Below, piece by piece: positions 10,332-21,883 of a stretch of 64,000 nucleotides of DNA (position 1 is the stretch's first letter; each line of letters starts with the position of its first letter). The position numbers and the translations under genes were made by a program. Source of the stretch: an uncultured delta proteobacterium (GTDB taxonomy: Bacteria > Myxococcota_A > Polyangia > Polyangiales > Polyangiaceae); contig CAWDXG010000004.1 of NCBI GenBank assembly GCA_963806225.1, positions 4,544,001 through 4,608,000 on the forward strand. The letters are read 5' to 3'. Below the pieces are notes generated by a model. That model was not told the origin of the DNA and searched no databases. It saw only the letters and a list, made by a program, of their open reading frames with translations.

Positions 10332-12477
10332 ATGCCGCGCCCGGTGCGTGACCTTCCCGAAAGAGTCGCTCGTGATTTGAAGCTGCCACCTGCAGGCGTC
10401 GCTGCCGTGGTGCGGCTGCTCGGCGAGGGGGCGACGGTGCCTTTCATCGCTCGCTATCGCAAAGAGGCGACGGGCGCTCTGGACGAGGTGCAGATCCGCG
10501 CGGTGGCCGAGCGCGCCCGGCTCCTCGGGGAGCTGGACGCGCGCCGCACCACGATCCTCGCCACCATCGACGAGCAGGGGGCGCTGACGGACGAGCTCAG
10601 GCGCCGCATCGAGGCGTGCACCACGCGAGCGGAGCTCGAAGATCTGTACGCGCCGTACCGACCGAAGCGGCGCACCAAGGCGTCCGTCGCTCTGGAGCGC
10701 GGCCTGGGCCCGTTGGCGGAGCGCATCCTGGCGCAGCCCGACGGCGGTCACCCGGAAAACGACGCGCGCGCCTTCGTGGACCCGTCGAAAGAAGTGCACG
10801 GCATCGAAGACGCCTTGTCCGGCGCGCGGGACATCGTGGTGGAGGCTGTCGCGGACAACGCGGACTGCCGCGCCCACGTGCGCGAGACGCTTTCCAAGCA
10901 GGGCTTGCTCGAGACGCGGGCCGTGAAGTCGAAGACGAAGGAGCGCACCAAATTCGAGGACTACTACGAGTTTTCCGAGCCTCTCGCCAGGGTGCCCTCG
11001 CACCGCTATCTCGCCATCCGCCGCGGCGAGACCGAGGGCGTGCTGCGCGTGAAGGTCGCCGTGGACGACAGGCGCTGCCTCGCGAGGCTGGAACAGATCA
11101 TGCGCCTGAGGCCGCGCTCGCCCTGGGCGCGTCTGCTACAGGACTCGGTCGAGGAGTCGTACAAGAAGCGCCTTCACCCATCCCTCGAAAAGGAGACCCG
11201 CGGCGACGTGGCCGAGCGCGCCGAGCGCGCCGCGATCGACGTGTTCGCGGAAAACCTGACGCAGCTCTTGATGGCGGCACCCTTCGGCGCGCGTCCCGTC
11301 GTTGCCGTCGATCCCGGCATCCGCACCGGCTGCAAATGCGCGGCCCTCGGCCCCGACGGCGCGTTCAAGGCCCACACCACGGTGTACCCGCTCGGCTCCA
11401 ACGCCCATCGCGAGCGCGCCGAAAAGGACTTCGCCGCCTTCGTGAACCGCCACGGCGCGGACGCCATCGCCGTGGGCAACGGCACCGGTGGTCGCGACAC
11501 CGAGCGCTTCGCCAGGAAAGCCCTCGGCGCGGGCGCGCTGGTCGTCAGCGTGAACGAGGCCGGCGCCAGCGTGTACAGCGCGTCGGACATAGCTCGCGAA
11601 GAGATGCCGGATCTGGACCTGACCGTGCGCGGCGCGGTGTCCATCGGGCGGCGACTGCAGGACCCGCTGGCCGAGCTCGTCAAGATCGATCCGAAGTCCA
11701 TTGGCGTGGGCCAGTACCAGCACGATGTCGACGCCGGCCTTCTGGAGCAGAAGCTCCGCGAGGTCGTGGAGAGTGCGGTGAACCGCGTGGGGGTGGAGCT
11801 ATCGACGGCCAGCCCGTCCCTCTTGTCGTACGTGGCCGGCGTCGGCCCGAAGCTGGCGAAGGCGATCGTCGAGGAGCGGGGTCGCCGCGGGCGCTTTTCG
11901 CGCCGGACCGACATCCTGAAAGTGAAAGGACTGGGCCCGAAGGCCTTCGAGCAATGCGCCGGCTTCCTGCGCATCCGTGACGGGAAGAACCCCCTCGATG
12001 CTTCGGCGGTCCACCCGGAGCGCTACCCGCTGGTGGAGCGGATGGCGAAGGATCTCTGGCGTGTCGCTTTCGAGCCTGGTGGGCAACGCCGAGGCCGCGA
12101 AGAAAATCGACATTCGCAGCTACGTGAGCGGCGATGTGGGCGAGCCCACGCTCAGGGACATCATCGCCGAGCTGTCCAAGCCGGGCCGCGATCCGCGCGA
12201 CAGCTTCGAGGCGCCGAGCTTTCGCGACGACGTGAACGAGCTCGAGGACCTCTCGCCCGGCATGCTGCTCGAAGGCGTGGTCACCAACGTGACGGCTTTC
12301 GGCGCCTTCGTGGATGTCGGCGTGCACCAGGATGGCCTGGTGCACATCTCCCAGCTCGCGGACCGTTTCGTGAAGACGCCCAGCGATGTGATCAAGGCGG
12401 GCGAGCGCGTGAAGGTGCGCGTGATGTCCGTGGATCTGGAGCGCAAGCGCATTGCCCTCAGCCGCAAGGGTGTTTGA
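10332..12477 (+). CDS. tex: Tex family transcriptional accessory protein (S1 domain), with an apparent +1 frameshift near 12057
   Basis: GATVPFIARYRKEATG, DPGIRTGCK, EAGASVYSAS, RRLQDPLAELVKIDPKSIGVGQYQHDV. Continues in frame 11977..12477 with KPGRDPR and the S1 domain GAFVDVGVHQDGLVHIS. Confidence 0.95.
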
Positions 12478-12482
12478 GTTGC

Positions 12483-13253
12483 CTAGCTTGCGGTAGCGAT
12501 CGTCGTGTGCGGTTCGAGCAGCGAGAGGACGCGCGCGGAGAGGTCCTCCCAGATCAGAGCGGAGAGCCCCCACCACAGCACGATCCACAGCGGCACACCT
12601 CCGAACCAGCCGAGGGCGTAGTGGTGCAGTCCTCCGAGCTTTATGTACGCGACCTCCACGAGCGGGCCGAGCACGACGAAGACCCCGAGCACGGCCAGGC
12701 GACGACGATCGGGGCGGAGCAGTGCGAGCGCCACGACGAGTGCGAGTGCGAAGGGCAGCCACGACCAGAGCGGATCGAGGAAGCTCCGGTAGATGGTCTG
12801 CCGCGTGGCGACGACGATCGCGACGAGCACGCCGACGCGCCACGCGGCGCTCGTCACGCTGCGGCGACCGAGGTGCAGCGTGTCTGGCGGCGCGCCGAGC
12901 CGGAGGCGCTGCCAGCGGAAGAGCGTCGCGATGAAGCGCAGGATGAGCCCCCAGTACAGCAGCATCCACAGGGGAAGAAGCGACACGGACGGGAAGTACA
13001 CCGGCACCGTGTAGGCGTAGATGTGGTGGCGTGTGACCGAGCTCCAGTCGTTGAAGGCGCCGAGCACGGTGCACAGTGCGAAGAAGGCGAGCTCGCGGCC
13101 ACGCGGCCCGCGGAAGAGAGCGAAGCGCGCGATCACGACCGCAGGGACGAACGCGCTCATGAACGCGAGGTGATGCGCCGCCGCGCAGATCGCCACGCTG
13201 ACCACGACGATGGCCGCCGCATCCAGCGCGAACGCTCTGTCATCGACGTCCAT
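12483..13253 (-). CDS. Integral membrane protein with an internal duplication (DUF2878 / carotenoid-modifying membrane enzyme-like)
   Basis: Two similar units, LGAFNDW..HHIYAY..LPLWMLLYWG and LGPLVEV..LHHY..VPLWIVLWWG. ATG lies 2 nt after the radical SAM stop. Confidence 0.65.
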   Translation of the reverse strand: MDVDDRAFALDAAAIVVVSVAICAAAHHLAFMSAFVPAVVIARFALFRGPRGRELAFFALCTVLGAFNDWSSVTRHHIYAYTVPVYFPSVSLLPLWMLLYWGLILRFIATLFRWQRLRLGAPPDTLHLGRRSVTSAAWRVGVLVAIVVATRQTIYRSFLDPLWSWLPFALALVVALALLRPDRRRLAVLGVFVVLGPLVEVAYIKLGGLHHYALGWFGGVPLWIVLWWGLSALIWEDLSARVLSLLEPHTTIATAS

Positions 13254-13255
13254 GG

Positions 13256-14482
13256 CTACCGCCGCGTGAGCGACACCAATTCGCGCGCCAGATGCGCCGG
13301 ATGGCGGAGCCCCCAGGCGTACTCGTCGGTGGTGTAGTTCTGCGCCCAGTTGCAGTCGCCGCCGCACTGGTCGGGGCGTGGTCCGTGGAAGTGCGTCGGG
13401 TCGATGCGTCGGCGCGCGTGGGCGTACAGCGCGTCGACGCTGTCGAAGTCCAGCACGTCGATGCGCACGGGTTCCACGTTCGCGCTCGCCTTGCACGGCC
13501 ACGCCAGCTTCCCGTCGTGGTCGACGTGCGGCTTGAGCGTGTTGCGGCAGTCGAGCGGCGCGGCGTGCAGCAGCCGGTCGTTCATGCGCGCCGAGCCGCT
13601 GATGCGCGCTCCGGCGCGCTTGCGTTCCACGATGGTGCGCGCAAGCTCCTGGTAGTCAGGATCCGCCAGCACGTCCGGGTCGATGCGCGGCCCCTTGTTC
13701 TGCGGTACCGGGCAGAACCAGATACCGAGATCATCGGCCAGGTCGAGCACCGAGCGCGCTTCCTGCACGAGCCCCGGCTGGATCACCGTGTTGACCATCA
13801 GCTTGACGTGCATCTCGTCGGCGAGCTCGCGCAGCATCAGCAGATTCCTGATCACGTCTTCGGGATGCTTCGTCACCCACATGCGCTCCAGGGTGTCGAG
13901 CTCGAGCGCGTCGAGGCTCACCACCAGGAGGTCGACATCGGCCAGGAACGTCCGCCACTCGGGCCTTTCGAGAAGGCGATGGAAGAGGCTGCCGTTGGTG
14001 TTGACGACAATGGGGTAGTAATCGAGGTCGCGCGCTTCACGAATCAGCTCAGGCAGATCGCGACGGAGCGTCGGCTCGCCCCCGGCGAAGTACACGCTGG
14101 GGGTGCGCGTGCGCATCACACGGAGCAGGCGCTTGCCGGCGGCGGTGTCGAGCCGGCCGTGGCCGTCGAGCTCCGGATAGCGCGCGCCCCGGTGGTCGTC
14201 GCAGTAGCTGCAGCGGAAGTTGCATGGCCTGAGCGTCGTCCAGATGAAGTAGAGCGGCCACAGGTCCTCGCGACCCGCGCGCGTGCGCCGCAGGTTGCCG
14301 GCGTAGTTCTGCGCGGCTGTGCGCCAGCTCTGCGCGCGGCGGCGCCATTCCGTGGGACCGGTGCGCGGCGTCTCGATCCGGGGGCGCAGTCTCGCGGCGA
14401 GCTCGTGCGCTTCGGAAGACAGCGCGTTCCAGTCTGGATGCCCTTCGCGGGGCGTGTAGCGGGAGAAGACGAGACGTTCCAT
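13256..14482 (-). CDS. Radical SAM protein with a C-terminal Cys-containing (twitch/SPASM-like) extension
   Basis: CNFRCSYC motif, GGEP, NTNG, VSLD; C-terminal CRN..WPC..QCGGDC. Confidence 0.9.
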   Translation of the reverse strand: MERLVFSRYTPREGHPDWNALSSEAHELAARLRPRIETPRTGPTEWRRRAQSWRTAAQNYAGNLRRTRAGREDLWPLYFIWTTLRPCNFRCSYCDDHRGARYPELDGHGRLDTAAGKRLLRVMRTRTPSVYFAGGEPTLRRDLPELIREARDLDYYPIVVNTNGSLFHRLLERPEWRTFLADVDLLVVSLDALELDTLERMWVTKHPEDVIRNLLMLRELADEMHVKLMVNTVIQPGLVQEARSVLDLADDLGIWFCPVPQNKGPRIDPDVLADPDYQELARTIVERKRAGARISGSARMNDRLLHAAPLDCRNTLKPHVDHDGKLAWPCKASANVEPVRIDVLDFDSVDALYAHARRRIDPTHFHGPRPDQCGGDCNWAQNYTTDEYAWGLRHPAHLARELVSLTRR

Positions 14483-14485
14483 GGC

Positions 14486-15106
14486 TCAGCCTTTCTGTTG
14501 CAGGGCCAAAATGACGGCGGACAACGCGCCGACGGACATCGCGGCGAGCGTGTCGATGGCGCGCTCGCGCGGAGTGTTGCCGAACAGGAATTGAAGGCCG
14601 ACGCGTGTCCAGAGCCCGAGCAGGCCGTGAGCCACGAGCTCCGCGTCGGTCAAGCCGTCGCCGGCGAGCGCGCGCAGGCGCCCGGCGAGGAACGCCACGA
14701 TGGGTGGGCTGATGCCGTCGCGCAGCCCTGCGAGGCTACCGTCGATCCCCGCACGTTCGGCGAAGGCCGCGACCAGCCCGCGTTCTGCCTGCCAGTGGTC
14801 GAGACAGACCGTCGCGAGCGCACGCGCCCCAGTCCGGGGCTCGACCTCGGGGGGCCAGGCGCTCTCCAGCTTGCCGATCAGCTCCGCATTGAACGCGGCG
14901 AGCAGCTCGTCGGCCGCCGCTTCCTTGCTGTCGAAGTGCACGTAGAAGGTGCCGTGCGCTACGCCCGCGCGACGCGCGATGTCGCCGATCTGCGTGGCGA
15001 CGAAGCCCTGCTCGGCGAAGCAGTCGTGCGCCGCTCCGAGCAGGGTCGCGCGCGTGTCCGCTTTCTGCTGCTGACGCTTGGTCCGCGAAGGCTTTTTAAG
15101 TGACAC
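14486..15106 (-). CDS. TetR/AcrR family transcriptional regulator
   Basis: AAHDCFAEQGFVATQIGDIARRAGVAHGTFYVHFDSKE helix-turn-helix. Confidence 0.95.
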   Translation of the reverse strand: MSLKKPSRTKRQQQKADTRATLLGAAHDCFAEQGFVATQIGDIARRAGVAHGTFYVHFDSKEAAADELLAAFNAELIGKLESAWPPEVEPRTGARALATVCLDHWQAERGLVAAFAERAGIDGSLAGLRDGISPPIVAFLAGRLRALAGDGLTDAELVAHGLLGLWTRVGLQFLFGNTPRERAIDTLAAMSVGALSAVILALQQKG

Positions 15107-15115
15107 TACGTCACT
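15099..15115. promoter_or_regulatory. Candidate TetR operator overlapping the tetR start codon
   Basis: Perfect inverted repeat AGTGAC-actac-GTCACT. Confidence 0.55.
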
Positions 15116-15153
15116 GATAGCAAGTCAGTCAGATGTGCACAAGGGGCAAGTTT

Positions 15154-15200
15154 GTAGCAAAATGCCACAAACTTCTGGGCGAAATGTGGCATTTTGCTAC
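15154..15200. promoter_or_regulatory. 16-bp perfect inverted repeat; candidate tandem transcription-factor site
   Basis: GTAGCAAAATGCCACA (15154-15169) and TGTGGCATTTTGCTAC (15185-15200) in an AT-rich intergenic region. Confidence 0.65.
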
Positions 15201-15255
15201 GAAACTGCGTTCGGCTGGCGTTGACAGTGCCGGCGCGCGCGCGTTCGCTTGCCGC

Positions 15256-17331
15256 ATGCGCCGCCTGCTTCGCCTGCTTTCCGGATGTGCTCTGTTCGTG
15301 CTGCCGTGGTTCGCAGCCTGCGCCGTCACGGACGCGACCACGTCGCATTTCCATCAGCCCGACGGTGGCCTGGGCGGCGCCGCCGGCGCGGACTCCGGCT
15401 GTACAGGCACTGGTAGCGGCGCGACCGGCAGCGGCGCGACCGGCAGCGGCGCGACCGGCAGCGGCGCATGCGGCGCCGGTGCCACGGGTCCCGGGGGCAG
15501 CGGCGGCGCGCCGGACGCGGGACCGCCAAAGTGCGCCGACTCGCTCAAGCGCTGCTCGCACGAGTTCGACTACCCGGTGGGCAGCGAGCAGACCGTGGAG
15601 CTGCGCGGCGACTTCGCGCCAACCGGTTGGACGAAGGGCGTGCCCATGACGAAGCAGGGTTCCAACTGGGCGGCTTCGGTGGCGCTGCCCTATGGAACCA
15701 ACGTCCAGTACAAGTTCGTCATAGACGGCACGAACTGGGTAACGGATCCGTCGAACCCGAACACCGCCCCGGACGGCCAGGGCGGGCAGAACTCGCTCCT
15801 CAAGGGCGTGACCTGCTCCGACTGGAGCTGCGTGCCGCCGCCGACCCTGGGTTACGACTGGCGCGACGCGGTTCTGTATTTCGTGTTCGTGGATCGCTTC
15901 AAGAACGGCGATCCGTCGAACGACGGACAGCCCGTGTCCGGCGTCGCACAGGCGGCGAACTACCAGGGTGGCGACTGGGCCGGCGTGAAGCAGGAGATCG
16001 ACGCGGGCTACTTCACCGATCTCGGCGTCAACACGCTGTGGCTCACCGTGCCGATGGACAACCCGGAAAAATCCGGCCTCGGCTCCGACGGCAAGCAGTA
16101 CAGCGCCTATCACGGCTACTGGCCGATGAACCTCGACAAGCCGGAGGAACGCTTCGGCACACTGGCCGAGCTGAAAGCGCTCGTCGACGACGCGCACCAG
16201 CACAAGCTCAAGGTGATCCTCGATTACGCGATGAACCACGTGTACATCGACTCGCCCGTCTACCAGCAGCACAACGACTGGTTCTGGCCGCTGATGAAGG
16301 GCAGCACCAACTGCACCTGCGGGCAGGGCTGCTCGTGGGACGGGCCGGACGCCAAGCGTTGCTGGTTTGCCGACTATCTGCCCGACTTCAACTTCACGGT
16401 GCAGGCGGCGCGCGACTTCTCCGTCGGCAATGCGATCAGCTGGATCAAGAACACCGGCATCGACGGCTTCCGGCTCGACGCCGTCAAGCACATCGAGGAC
16501 TCGTGGGTGATCGAGCTGCGCTCGAAGGTCACGAGCGAGATCGAGCCGACGAGCAAGCAGCACTTCTACATGGTCGGTGAAACCTTCACCGGCGACCGCA
16601 ACGCCATCCGCTACTACGTCAAGCCGAGCATGCTCGACGGGCAGTTCGATTTTCCGCTGCGCTCCGAGATGCTGAGGACGCTCTTGATGCGCAGCGCGCC
16701 GCTGTCCGAGCTGGGCGGCTTCCTTTCGACCAACGACGACTTCTACGGTTCAGGGATCATGAGCACGTTCATCGGCAACCACGACGTGCCGCGCGTGATC
16801 GAGTTCGCCCTGGACACGCCGATGTGGAACAACGAATGGGCGGACGGCAAGGACCGCGCCTGGCAGAACCAGCCGGGGACGCCCACTTCGGCTTCGCCCT
16901 ACGAGCGCCTGGCGACGGCATACACCGTGCTGTTCACGCTGCGCGGCATCCCGCTCATCTACTACGGCGACGAGATCGGCATGGCCGGCGCCGGCGACCC
17001 GGACAACCGCCGCATGATGCAGTGGAGCGGCCTCACGCAGAACCAGACCCAGCTGCGCGATCACATCAAGAAGCTCACGGCGATCCGCTCGGCGCACGCG
17101 GCGTTGCGCGACGGCAAGCGCGCGACGTTGTCCGTCAGCGACAACACCTTCGCCTACAGCATGACGTACAACTCCGACACGGTGTACGTGCTCGTCAACC
17201 GGGGCGACAGTGCCGCGCCTGTTGGCGGCCTGCCCGCCGGCAACTACAAGAACCTGCTGGACGGCAGCCAGGTCAGCGGCCCCGCGCCCAATCTGCCAGC
17301 GCGCTCGTCGATGGTGCTGGTCGCCAACTAG
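15256..17331 (+). CDS. GH13 alpha-amylase family lipoprotein with an N-terminal CBM48/AMPK-like glycogen-binding module
   Basis: Lipobox FAAC; VELRGDF..W, YKFVIDGTNWVTDP; AYHGYW, DYAMNH, DGFRLDAVKH, VGE, GNHD, YYGDEIG. Confidence 0.92.
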   Translation: MRRLLRLLSGCALFVLPWFAACAVTDATTSHFHQPDGGLGGAAGADSGCTGTGSGATGSGATGSGATGSGACGAGATGPGGSGGAPDAGPPKCADSLKRCSHEFDYPVGSEQTVELRGDFAPTGWTKGVPMTKQGSNWAASVALPYGTNVQYKFVIDGTNWVTDPSNPNTAPDGQGGQNSLLKGVTCSDWSCVPPPTLGYDWRDAVLYFVFVDRFKNGDPSNDGQPVSGVAQAANYQGGDWAGVKQEIDAGYFTDLGVNTLWLTVPMDNPEKSGLGSDGKQYSAYHGYWPMNLDKPEERFGTLAELKALVDDAHQHKLKVILDYAMNHVYIDSPVYQQHNDWFWPLMKGSTNCTCGQGCSWDGPDAKRCWFADYLPDFNFTVQAARDFSVGNAISWIKNTGIDGFRLDAVKHIEDSWVIELRSKVTSEIEPTSKQHFYMVGETFTGDRNAIRYYVKPSMLDGQFDFPLRSEMLRTLLMRSAPLSELGGFLSTNDDFYGSGIMSTFIGNHDVPRVIEFALDTPMWNNEWADGKDRAWQNQPGTPTSASPYERLATAYTVLFTLRGIPLIYYGDEIGMAGAGDPDNRRMMQWSGLTQNQTQLRDHIKKLTAIRSAHAALRDGKRATLSVSDNTFAYSMTYNSDTVYVLVNRGDSAAPVGGLPAGNYKNLLDGSQVSGPAPNLPARSSMVLVAN
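15415..15467 (+). repeat. 15-bp tandem repeat (SGATG) in the amylase linker
   Basis: agcggcgcgaccggc, about 3.5 copies. Confidence 0.8.
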
Positions 17332-17416
17332 CGGCGGGCCCGGCGCCCGCAGAAATCTGCAGGCCCGGGGGAACATCCGGCACGCGCATCGTACCAAGCA
17401 AGGAGGAGGTTCCACC

Positions 17417-18532
17417 TTGCGGAGTCGGTCTCTGGTTGTTCTCGGGTTGGGATGCGTGTTCGGTTGCGGGACGCCGCCGCCTGCCCCGCGCGTTGCGCCG
17501 CGCGTCGCGCGCTCGACGCCTGCTCCGCCCGTGCCGGCATCGGCATCTGCGGCGCCGTCCGCCGTACCCCCTCCCGCGCAGCCCCACCCGCAGCCTGCAG
17601 AACCCCGCGTGCTCGCTCGCATCCAGCGCGCGGCCGCCTCGCCGTGCGTGGAGAGCGAGCTGCCGGCGGCCTATCGCACCGGGCCGCACGCGGTGGGTCC
17701 GAACCTGGGGCGGGGGCTGGCCATCAGGTTGCCTCCGACCGGCGTGACCGGCGGCATGGTGAAGAAGCGCAAGGTGGTCGTCTACCGTTCGTACAAGCTG
17801 GATCCCCGTTCGGAGATCGGCGACGCGGGCTACCGCGTGTCCATCGCCGACGGACACGGCAAGACGGAGGACCTGTCGCTCGGCCTGAGCCAGATGCGCC
17901 CCTACGTGATCGTGCAGAACGATCACCTGCCGCTCCTCGACGGTGACGTGCTCCAGGTTGCCGCGGACGTGCGCGAGATCGACGACAAGAGCATCACGTT
18001 TCCGCCGGTCGGGCTGCACGCCAAGCGCCAGAAGCAGGGACTGATGCTGCGCTGCCCGCTCGCCGACCTCCGGCGCGACAGCGACAAGGACGGTCTGACC
18101 GACCTCGAGGAAGCCCGTCTGGCGACGGATCCGGCCGACCCGGACACCGATCACGACGGTCTCGCCGATGGCGTCGACCCGGCGCCCCTCGGGGCGGACA
18201 AACCGGCCACGCCGGAGGACGAGGTCCGTGAAGCTGCCTACGAGCAGATCGTCGGACGCTTCGTGAAGGGGCAGCTGCTGATCCAGAAGTCGACCGGGCC
18301 GCGCCTCGACGTGCGCGGCGTGAAATACCGGCTGATCACCCTGCGCCCCGGGGAGCTCGCGGCGTACGAGAAGCGTTTCGGTTTCAGGGTCACGTTCAAC
18401 GTCCATGTGAAGATGAAGGACAAGGACCACGCCAAGGTGGCGGTGAGCTTCGGTTGGGTCGGGGGGGACTGGAACGCCGAGCGCACCGCCCAGGGCTGGC
18501 ACTTCACGATGTCGGGGCAGTGGATCACCTAG
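17417..18532 (+). CDS. Lipoprotein with Ca-binding thrombospondin type-3-like repeats
   Basis: AGGAGG Shine-Dalgarno upstream of TTG 17417; lipobox VFGC; DSDKDGLTDLEE..TDPADPDTDHDGLADGVD. Confidence 0.7.
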   Translation: MRSRSLVVLGLGCVFGCGTPPPAPRVAPRVARSTPAPPVPASASAAPSAVPPPAQPHPQPAEPRVLARIQRAAASPCVESELPAAYRTGPHAVGPNLGRGLAIRLPPTGVTGGMVKKRKVVVYRSYKLDPRSEIGDAGYRVSIADGHGKTEDLSLGLSQMRPYVIVQNDHLPLLDGDVLQVAADVREIDDKSITFPPVGLHAKRQKQGLMLRCPLADLRRDSDKDGLTDLEEARLATDPADPDTDHDGLADGVDPAPLGADKPATPEDEVREAAYEQIVGRFVKGQLLIQKSTGPRLDVRGVKYRLITLRPGELAAYEKRFGFRVTFNVHVKMKDKDHAKVAVSFGWVGGDWNAERTAQGWHFTMSGQWIT

Positions 18533-18583
18533 CCGTGCCGCCGCCCTGCGATGCGCGGGCGGTTCTGCTACGGTCGTTTCCGG

Positions 18584-19117
18584 ATGAGCTATCTCGCCCT
18601 GTCCTGGGTCGTGGTAGGCGTGGTGATCGCGTTGTGGCTGTACCTGGCCTGGCGCCACCGCGATGCGCGACTCGACCGGCTGAGCCTGAAGGAAGGCGAA
18701 GAGCTGTGCTTCGATGACGAGGAGGCGCGCTTTGCCGCCGTCGGGAAGAACCGGCACACCGGAAAGGCGCCCTCCTTCCGCCGCGCCGTGGTGCGGCTGA
18801 CTTCCGAGCGGCTCATCGTGGCGGAGCCGATGGGGCCGATCACGCGAATGCGTTGGGCCGTGTACCACCGTGGCGTGCTGCCGGACGCCGTGGGCAACGC
18901 CTGGACCGACGGCTACGTGAGCTTCGCCACTTCGCCGGCGCATATCAGCGTCCAGCTTGAAGCGAACAAGCGCTGTCTCCGCATCAGACCCAACGGCGAG
19001 ACGACCGCCGGCCCCGCACCCGAGCACCTCGCGATCGAGAGTCCGCGCCTGGGCGAGTACATGGCAGTCCTCGGGCGCTCCGGCGAGGGCGCTGGCCAGC
19101 GGCGCTCTCCCGGGTAG
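18584..19117 (+). CDS. Hypothetical protein with an N-terminal TM anchor
   Basis: Hydrophobic N-terminus; fills the gap on the + strand with GC3-biased codons. Confidence 0.6.
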   Translation: MSYLALSWVVVGVVIALWLYLAWRHRDARLDRLSLKEGEELCFDDEEARFAAVGKNRHTGKAPSFRRAVVRLTSERLIVAEPMGPITRMRWAVYHRGVLPDAVGNAWTDGYVSFATSPAHISVQLEANKRCLRIRPNGETTAGPAPEHLAIESPRLGEYMAVLGRSGEGAGQRRSPG

Positions 19118-19129
19118 ACTGCGCCCCCG

Positions 19130-20804
<1,675 letters not shown>

Positions 20805-20812
20805 AGGCTTGG

Positions 20813-21853
20813 CTAGGCGGGCGGCGGCTCGGGGACGATGGTTCCGCAGTTGGTGAACTGCAGGTTCGTGTCGACCCGGAAGTGCGATTCCACGGTGTGC
20901 CGCTCTGCGTGGAACAAATCGAGCGGGTAGGTCTTGCCCTTCACGATTCCGAGCGCGGCGGCCTGGGCGTCCAGATCCACCGAACCGGTCTGCTGCGTGT
21001 GCAGGCCGCCGAGGTCGACGGCGAGCTTTTCGTTGATGAAGACCCAAACGTCGTCGTCGCCGATGAACGTGAAGTGCTCGCCGCCCTGGTACTTGAACTG
21101 GGTGTGCACCTCGGTCGTGAAGCCGAAGTTGTGTTGTTTCCCGTCCGTGCCCGTTCCGGAATTGCCGAAGCCGGCGCCATCGAGCGGGAAGAACAGGTCG
21201 CTCTGGAAGGTCAGCACGTTGCCGTTCGGCTGCAGCGACAGGTACACGACGTACGGCTTGTTCACGTTCGCCGCGTACCGGTACCACTGGTCGAACGCGC
21301 TCTTGCTCGTGGTCTGTTGTCCATACGGGCAGGGGCCCGTCTGGCTCGCCTCGCAGATGCCGGTGTAGACGGGCTTCTTGTCGGCACCCAGGTCGTTCTG
21401 TACGAGCCCCGGGGTGGGCCCGCCGCCGCCAAAGTGCTCGAAATCCGGGTGCCCTCCGGCTTCGTTGTTGCCCTTGAAGTCGCGGACCACGGCCAGGATC
21501 GTCGTACCGCAGCCGGACGAGGTCGCGGCCCCGCCGTCCAGGCTCGGGGGTGTGTTGCCATTGAAGGCCGGGCCCAGCTTGTAGCCGCCTGATTCCGTCT
21601 TCGTGAAGCCGGCGGGTAGCTTGTAGGGGCCCGGCTTGGACGTGCCGGCGTCCGCACCGCTGCCACCGCTGCCGCCGAGCGAAATGCCGACACCGCCGCT
21701 GCCGCCCGTCCCGCTGCCGCCGCTGCCACCGTTGTCGGCGACAGAATTGCTGCTGCCGCAGCCGCCCGAGCTGGCGATGACGAAGGCGAACACGGCGCCG
21801 AGAGACGAAAGTGTGCGGAGGTCCACGGGTCGGTGTCGGCGCAATCTGGACAT
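20813..21853 (-). CDS. Fibro-slime (PA14-like) domain lipoprotein
   Basis: VRDF..HPDFE, FDQWY, FFPLD, HNFGFTTE, FIGDDDVWVFIN..LAVDLGGLH, FHAERHT. Confidence 0.92.
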   Translation of the reverse strand: MSRLRRHRPVDLRTLSSLGAVFAFVIASSGGCGSSNSVADNGGSGGSGTGGSGGVGISLGGSGGSGADAGTSKPGPYKLPAGFTKTESGGYKLGPAFNGNTPPSLDGGAATSSGCGTTILAVVRDFKGNNEAGGHPDFEHFGGGGPTPGLVQNDLGADKKPVYTGICEASQTGPCPYGQQTTSKSAFDQWYRYAANVNKPYVVYLSLQPNGNVLTFQSDLFFPLDGAGFGNSGTGTDGKQHNFGFTTEVHTQFKYQGGEHFTFIGDDDVWVFINEKLAVDLGGLHTQQTGSVDLDAQAAALGIVKGKTYPLDLFHAERHTVESHFRVDTNLQFTNCGTIVPEPPPA

Positions 21854-21883
21854 GGTCTTCTTCCCTCCTGGTGGTTTCGTCCG

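Noticed and set aside
12060..13337. C-terminal extension of the 1001-aa tex ORF
   Set aside because: A product of the frameshift at ~12057. It runs antisense through the membrane protein gene.
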